Below, piece by piece: positions 42,216 through 45,917 of a stretch of 45,917 nucleotides of DNA. The DNA comes from Escherichia phage 2725-N35. The stretch is taken from sequence record MN840485.1; one strand, written 5' to 3'. The notes beneath the pieces were generated by a model, which saw only the letters and a list, made by a program, of their open reading frames with translations, had not been told where the DNA came from and searched no databases. Within the stretch, counting starts at the first letter, position 1; each line of letters starts with the position of its first letter. The position numbers and the translations under genes are program-made.

Positions 42216-43336
42216 ATTTCCGGGCGGCAAGTAAATCGTCCAATCTCACCAAACTCAGGACTATAAATTATCACCGAAGCCTGTCGGTAAGAGCGATAAC
42301 CTCCGTTAGCACTGTACGCATCTTTCGCTCCAAGCTGGCCGTGTGATTCATCAATACCCAGATTTCCTTCCGTAATAGTTTGATGGTGATAGTGGCCTGA
42401 ATGGGTGTAAACATACTCTGATTCACCAAATGCTTTGCGATGGTCACGAGCCAGTGCTGATAGTCGGGTATCAGGCTTTTTGAGTTCGTGCCCATGGCAG
42501 TAACCAAGCAGTGTCTTCCCAAATTGCGTTACGTGAAGCGCAGCGGGGGACGTATCAACATTAACTCGAGGCTCATCCATATAGAAAGCTGCCATTGCAG
42601 CACGAAGCCAAATCATACCTGAGAGATCGTGGTTACCTGGAATAATCTGAACCTCAACCTCGGCGTGCTTATCAAGCATACGGCTAATTGCTCGACGTGT
42701 CGATCGCACTGCTACGTAAACAAGTTTGTGATAACGGCTATCTTGATCAAGAACATGACGACTGGTTGGTGTTACCGCTTCCATTCCGTCAGAGTGAAGG
42801 AAGTCACCCCCAATCAGCAATACAGCTTTCTTGGAGTTGGGGGCCTTTGCAACCGCGTAATCAAAGTAATCATTAAGAACTCTCTCAGCGATTTCAGTAC
42901 TATAGTTCTCACCACACTCAGCATGATGAGCCATTGCTCCAATGTGGAGGTCGAACACGGGGTAAAGGCTTAAAGTATCTTCCCATAAACCAACCCTTAA
43001 AGCTTTAGCTTTCTCACGCGGCAACTCATCAGTTAGGGCCTGAATTGCCTGAAGCATCATCTCTTCTTGCTTCTCCTTGTCGATATCTGATTTAACCCAC
43101 TGTTGCTTAATCTCGCCATCAGCACCAATTAAGCTGGATACGCCTTTAACTGCATAGCCCTGAGGGATTAAGTTGCTTACATCGCGACCATGCCCTTCGC
43201 CTTGTTTAGCTAATTTACTGCGACGCAATTCAACGTTGCGAATGTTCATTCCGTACTTCTCTGCGATTGCCTTGTTGGTCATGCCATTTGCTAACTCTTC
43301 GCGCAATTGTTCGTTGGTGATTTTTGCGGTTGCCAT
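42206..43336 (-). CDS. HTH domain fused to a calcineurin-like metallophosphoesterase
   Basis: N-terminal 'LANGMTNKAIAEKYGMNIRNVELRRSKL' (LuxR/sigma-r4-like HTH); phosphoesterase motifs DLH, GGDFLH, GNHD, HGH, HSGHYHH. Confidence 0.7.
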   Translation of the reverse strand: MATAKITNEQLREELANGMTNKAIAEKYGMNIRNVELRRSKLAKQGEGHGRDVSNLIPQGYAVKGVSSLIGADGEIKQQWVKSDIDKEKQEEMMLQAIQALTDELPREKAKALRVGLWEDTLSLYPVFDLHIGAMAHHAECGENYSTEIAERVLNDYFDYAVAKAPNSKKAVLLIGGDFLHSDGMEAVTPTSRHVLDQDSRYHKLVYVAVRSTRRAISRMLDKHAEVEVQIIPGNHDLSGMIWLRAAMAAFYMDEPRVNVDTSPAALHVTQFGKTLLGYCHGHELKKPDTRLSALARDHRKAFGESEYVYTHSGHYHHQTITEGNLGIDESHGQLGAKDAYSANGGYRSYRQASVIIYSPEFGEIGRFTCRPEMFS

Positions 43337-43419
43337 TATAGAAGTTCCTTAATTCATTACGATAAAGTATAAGATGGTAAAGCTAAACAGTGGTAACGAT
43401 GCTACTAGTATTAGGCTCG

Positions 43420-43671
43420 TCATTCAACTTCTTTCAACCAGTAGTCTATCACTTCCGCACTAATTGCTAATTTCTGATCAAGGTCAGTCATGCAAAGGTT
43501 TCCGCATGCTGGGGAGTAGTAAATCTGTACCCACTTTCCTTCTTTAGTTTTTGCATTCACATCCACATAGTCAGGAGGAAACCAGTCAGAGATAGGTATC
43601 GCTCTAAACTTCGCTCCACTTTGCCCATATACTAAATCGTAATGCTCTGGCTGAAAATCTAAACCCAACAT
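43420..43671 (-). CDS. Hypothetical protein
   Basis: 83 aa ORF. Confidence 0.45.
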   Translation of the reverse strand: MLGLDFQPEHYDLVYGQSGAKFRAIPISDWFPPDYVDVNAKTKEGKWVQIYYSPACGNLCMTDLDQKLAISAEVIDYWLKEVE

Positions 43672-43673
43672 AC

Positions 43674-43922
43674 TTAATCCTTAGGCTTCGTTATCTTAAA
43701 CTTGAATCCCTCAGATTTAAGGAATTCATTAACATCAATCCTGATACCTGGCTTAACTCTTACGTATTTTCTTGGTCGCTCATCCATGTATGAGAATTTA
43801 CCATTAAAGACAACACTGATATCTTTTATTTCAAAGAAGCGGGATATCTGCTTAATGTCATCTTGCAATCCAGCCTCTCCACAATGCGCCCATACTGCTG
43901 CTCGCCCAGTTTCAACTATCAT
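43674..43922 (-). CDS. Hypothetical protein
   Basis: 82 aa ORF. Confidence 0.45.
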   Translation of the reverse strand: MIVETGRAAVWAHCGEAGLQDDIKQISRFFEIKDISVVFNGKFSYMDERPRKYVRVKPGIRIDVNEFLKSEGFKFKITKPKD

Positions 43923-44044
43923 AAGCCGTAGGCCATTTTCATGTATTCTTTAGCGCACATCCAGCAATAATCAGAGCCAGTTTTTACAGCATCATTTGCG
44001 TATATCTGTGCGATCTCAAACATCTCTCTGTCTACAATTTTCAT
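43919..44044 (-). CDS. Hypothetical small protein (41 aa)
   Basis: ORF MKIVDREMFEIAQ...; ATGA-coupled to the downstream gene. Confidence 0.3.
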   Translation of the reverse strand: MKIVDREMFEIAQIYANDAVKTGSDYCWMCAKEYMKMAYGL

Positions 44045-44115
44045 CTCTTAATCCTATGTGTTGTTGATGTGCTTAATATAATCCATACGTGGATTTGAGT
44101 TTTAACAAAAAGTGC
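44045..44115 (-). promoter_or_regulatory. P-box promoter (AAAAG-type)
   Basis: GAATAGCACTTTTTGTTAAAAC, 22 nt, TATATTAAGCACATCAACAACAC. Confidence 0.55.
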
Positions 44116-44309
44116 TATTCAACTAAGAAGCTAACTTCTTTTCCATTCGAATCTCTACACCCGTAATACCCGTCACCTTGATAACTAACGAACCAATAGC
44201 ATCCATTATCGCTCAATACTGTTATTGCGCCATCTGAATTAAAGATAATTTCGTAATCTTCAAGTAGAGTAAAGAAACCATTTGCTTTTACACAAGTTGC
44301 ATTAATCAT
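44115..44309 (-). CDS. Hypothetical small protein
   Basis: 64 aa ORF. Confidence 0.45.
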   Translation of the reverse strand: MINATCVKANGFFTLLEDYEIIFNSDGAITVLSDNGCYWFVSYQGDGYYGCRDSNGKEVSFLVE

Positions 44310-44506
44310 CTCACAATCTCCACATCTAATTTTGAAACACTAACAACAATACCCGCATCGTTTTTAACGATGTATCTATCTGAGTCTGCGGAAATTTCAA
44401 GAACAAAATAGCTATTCCCGCGCTTTAGAAGGTACTCATCAATATCCATCCGTGGGGTGTTGTTTCTTGGCTTAAACGTAACAACGAACGGTCTATTATT
44501 AATCAT
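44306..44506 (-). CDS. Hypothetical small protein
   Basis: Start trimmed to the ATG overlapping the upstream stop. Confidence 0.45.
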   Translation of the reverse strand: MINNRPFVVTFKPRNNTPRMDIDEYLLKRGNSYFVLEISADSDRYIVKNDAGIVVSVSKLDVEIVR

Positions 44507-44724
44507 AAGAAATCCTCCGGGCAATCTTTCTTCATTTCTTCGATATCAGCAACCATACGGTCGCGCCACGTTTCGATATCAGTGTTCAGGTAATCTTCTT
44601 CAAAGCTATAGTCCAATGACTCAGCAAGATCGTATGAGTTTGGTTGATATCCTGCTTTATTTAACTCCTGCATTGCCATTAATTTAAATACTTCCCATTG
44701 ATTATCAAATGTAAAAATTGCCAT
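44503..44724 (-). CDS. Hypothetical acidic small protein
   Basis: 73 aa ORF. Confidence 0.45.
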   Translation of the reverse strand: MAIFTFDNQWEVFKLMAMQELNKAGYQPNSYDLAESLDYSFEEDYLNTDIETWRDRMVADIEEMKKDCPEDFL

Positions 44725-44882
44725 TATTCCGATACCTCCAATCCATCAACCAGCTTAATTGGAACAACAACCTCACACCCACCATCAATTACGAAAACAA
44801 ACTTATCAATGTATTGTGAGAATGTATTGAAGAAGAACGTTGAATCCTCCCCAGTTTTCCAGTTTACAATTGCCTCTCTCAT
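44724..44882 (-). CDS. Hypothetical small protein (52 aa)
   Basis: ORF MREAIVNWKTGED...; ATGA-coupled to the upstream gene. Confidence 0.3.
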   Translation of the reverse strand: MREAIVNWKTGEDSTFFFNTFSQYIDKFVFVIDGGCEVVVPIKLVDGLEVSE

Positions 44883-45079
44883 TCTGATACCTCATCAAAT
44901 TTTTCGCCAAATTCGTTTTTAACAGTTTCTAAATCATCTTTGTAGCTAGGGCTAACTTCGAAAGAGTAATCTCCATCCATTACATCAATGAGGATGTAAC
45001 CATCTTCTGTGATGACCAACTCATATTCGTAACCAGTTTTGCGTGATTCGTAGAATTTTCCAGTGTAGATAGTAGCCAT
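44879..45079 (-). CDS. Hypothetical small protein
   Basis: Start set at ATG (MATIYTGKFY...) 30 nt downstream of the P-box -10; track ORF extends to 45127. Confidence 0.45.
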   Translation of the reverse strand: MATIYTGKFYESRKTGYEYELVITEDGYILIDVMDGDYSFEVSPSYKDDLETVKNEFGEKFDEVSE

Positions 45080-45116
45080 TTTATTTCTCTCTTTGTGTTT
45101 CGTTTCGATGGAGTAA

Positions 45117-45162
45117 CTATACCCCATCTTTTAAAATCGCCTTTAGCAATTCGTGCTATTTT
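45117..45162 (-). promoter_or_regulatory. P-box promoter (archetype; duplicated at ~182..228)
   Basis: AAAATAGCACGAATTGCTAAAGG, 22 nt, TATAGTTACTCCATCGAAACGAAAC; VRR-NUC stop TAG lies inside the box. Confidence 0.6.
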
Positions 45163-45575
45163 GAAATCATTTCTTTGAATGCTGCAAGAAAACCCTCACG
45201 TCCGTAGGCGACTGCCGAGAAACCGCCTGATTCCATTACACTTTTCAGGAATGCCTTCTGTTCTTCGCTGACTGGACTTGCTTGAGTTTTGCCAGCCCTC
45301 TTTAGCTCTATAGCTCCGAAAGGATACTTACCTCGAAGTGATTCAGGAATAAGAAACATACAGTCTGATACGCCTTTTAGAAGCCCCTTAGCCTGGTCTT
45401 TTCTTGCTTGACCAATGGTTTTCTTTCCCTCATTCACGCAATGGAAAAATACCATATCTGGGTAGTTATACTTAACCCAATCAGAGCAAAAGATTTGTTC
45501 GTCATCCTCTTTAGGGCATGACTTAACCGGACCAGGGTAAAACTCAATGTAATCTTCTTTATCTGTAATCTTCAT
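45156..45575 (-). CDS. VRR-NUC-like nuclease (duplicate of 222..641 within the terminal repeat)
   Basis: Identical 139-aa translation. Confidence 0.6.
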   Translation of the reverse strand: MKITDKEDYIEFYPGPVKSCPKEDDEQIFCSDWVKYNYPDMVFFHCVNEGKKTIGQARKDQAKGLLKGVSDCMFLIPESLRGKYPFGAIELKRAGKTQASPVSEEQKAFLKSVMESGGFSAVAYGREGFLAAFKEMISK

Positions 45576-45917
45576 AATAATTCTCCAAAATTCTTAAACG
45601 CTATCACGTCCTTTCCTTTTGCATTCCGGCGATGCGTAACCTGAACTGGCGCACGGAACTTATCTACGTTAGTCATAATCATTCTGGCATTTTTAAGCCT
45701 GCCAATTCGCGCCGCTTCCGTGCGATTCTCAATATGAGCTAAGCAAAAGTTCTTCCAGAGCACACTGCAAACTCGATGGTCTGATTCTGGATTAAAGAAC
45801 TCCCAAGCGTTAAATCTCTCTCCGTTATGAGCCATTATATTGTACTTAACTACAATGCCTGTCTGATTCTTACTTAACCCAACTTGAAAATCATAAACAC
45901 GAAGGTAATCACCACGA
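45572..45917 (-). CDS. Helicase gene, 3' portion (duplicate, truncated by the window end)
   Basis: Translation identical to the C-terminus of the 638..2632 product. Confidence 0.6.
   Translation of the reverse strand, partial: RGDYLRVYDFQVGLSKNQTGIVVKYNIMAHNGERFNAWEFFNPESDHRVCSVLWKNFCLAHIENRTEAARIGRLKNARMIMTNVDKFRAPVQVTHRRNAKGKDVIAFKNFGELL

Larger units (their letters stand above)
44935..45917. repeat. Terminal direct repeat, copy B (circular-assembly overlap or terminal redundancy)
   Basis: Same as copy A; offset about 44934-44936 nt. Confidence 0.9.

Noticed and set aside
45572-45835. Track ORF 45572..45835 as a separate 87-aa gene
   Set aside because: It is the 3' end of the duplicated helicase gene, truncated by the window edge.
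1-45917. CRISPR array, integrase, CI-like repressor, phage RNA polymerase
   Set aside because: No repeat-spacer array and no ORF with recombinase or RNAP-like size and motifs recognised; the only direct repeats are the terminal duplication, the promoter boxes and the two AT-rich elements.

Overview
The window appears to be a complete, compact tailed-phage (siphovirus) genome of about 44.9 kb, with the first ~980 bp repeated at the end (1..~983 matches ~44935..45917, differing by two 2-bp indels). The gene content resembles T1-like (Drexlerviridae-type) enterobacterial phages, but this is inferred from protein motifs and gene order only; no database search was possible. Coordinates taken from the ORF track are exact; promoter, terminator, tRNA and small-ORF coordinates were located by eye and may be off by 1-2 nt. 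Main modules: (1) replication/recombination: SF2 helicase with zinc ribbon, VRR-NUC nuclease, zinc-finger primase, SSB, Erf recombinase, PD-(D/E)XK exonuclease; (2) a late operon on the minus strand: TerS, HNH endonuclease, TerL, portal, head proteins, major capsid, connector proteins, major tail protein, overlapping tail chaperones, tape measure, and lambda M/L/K/I/J-like tail-tip proteins; (3) a pinholin, SAR endolysin and unimolecular spanin lysis cassette; (4) many small early genes in short operons; (5) one tRNA-Arg(UCU). No integrase, repressor, RNA polymerase or CRISPR array was found, so the phage is probably virulent and dependent on host RNAP. The most striking feature is a family of about 20 near-identical bipartite promoter-like elements with an unusual 22-nt spacer and a conserved leader, found in front of nearly every early operon, the lysis cassette and two moron genes. 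Other points of interest are two large divergent control regions sharing a ~65-bp AT-rich element, a lipoprotein gene coupled to a candidate receptor-binding protein, an HTH-metallophosphoesterase fusion, and a tandem family of small paralogous proteins.
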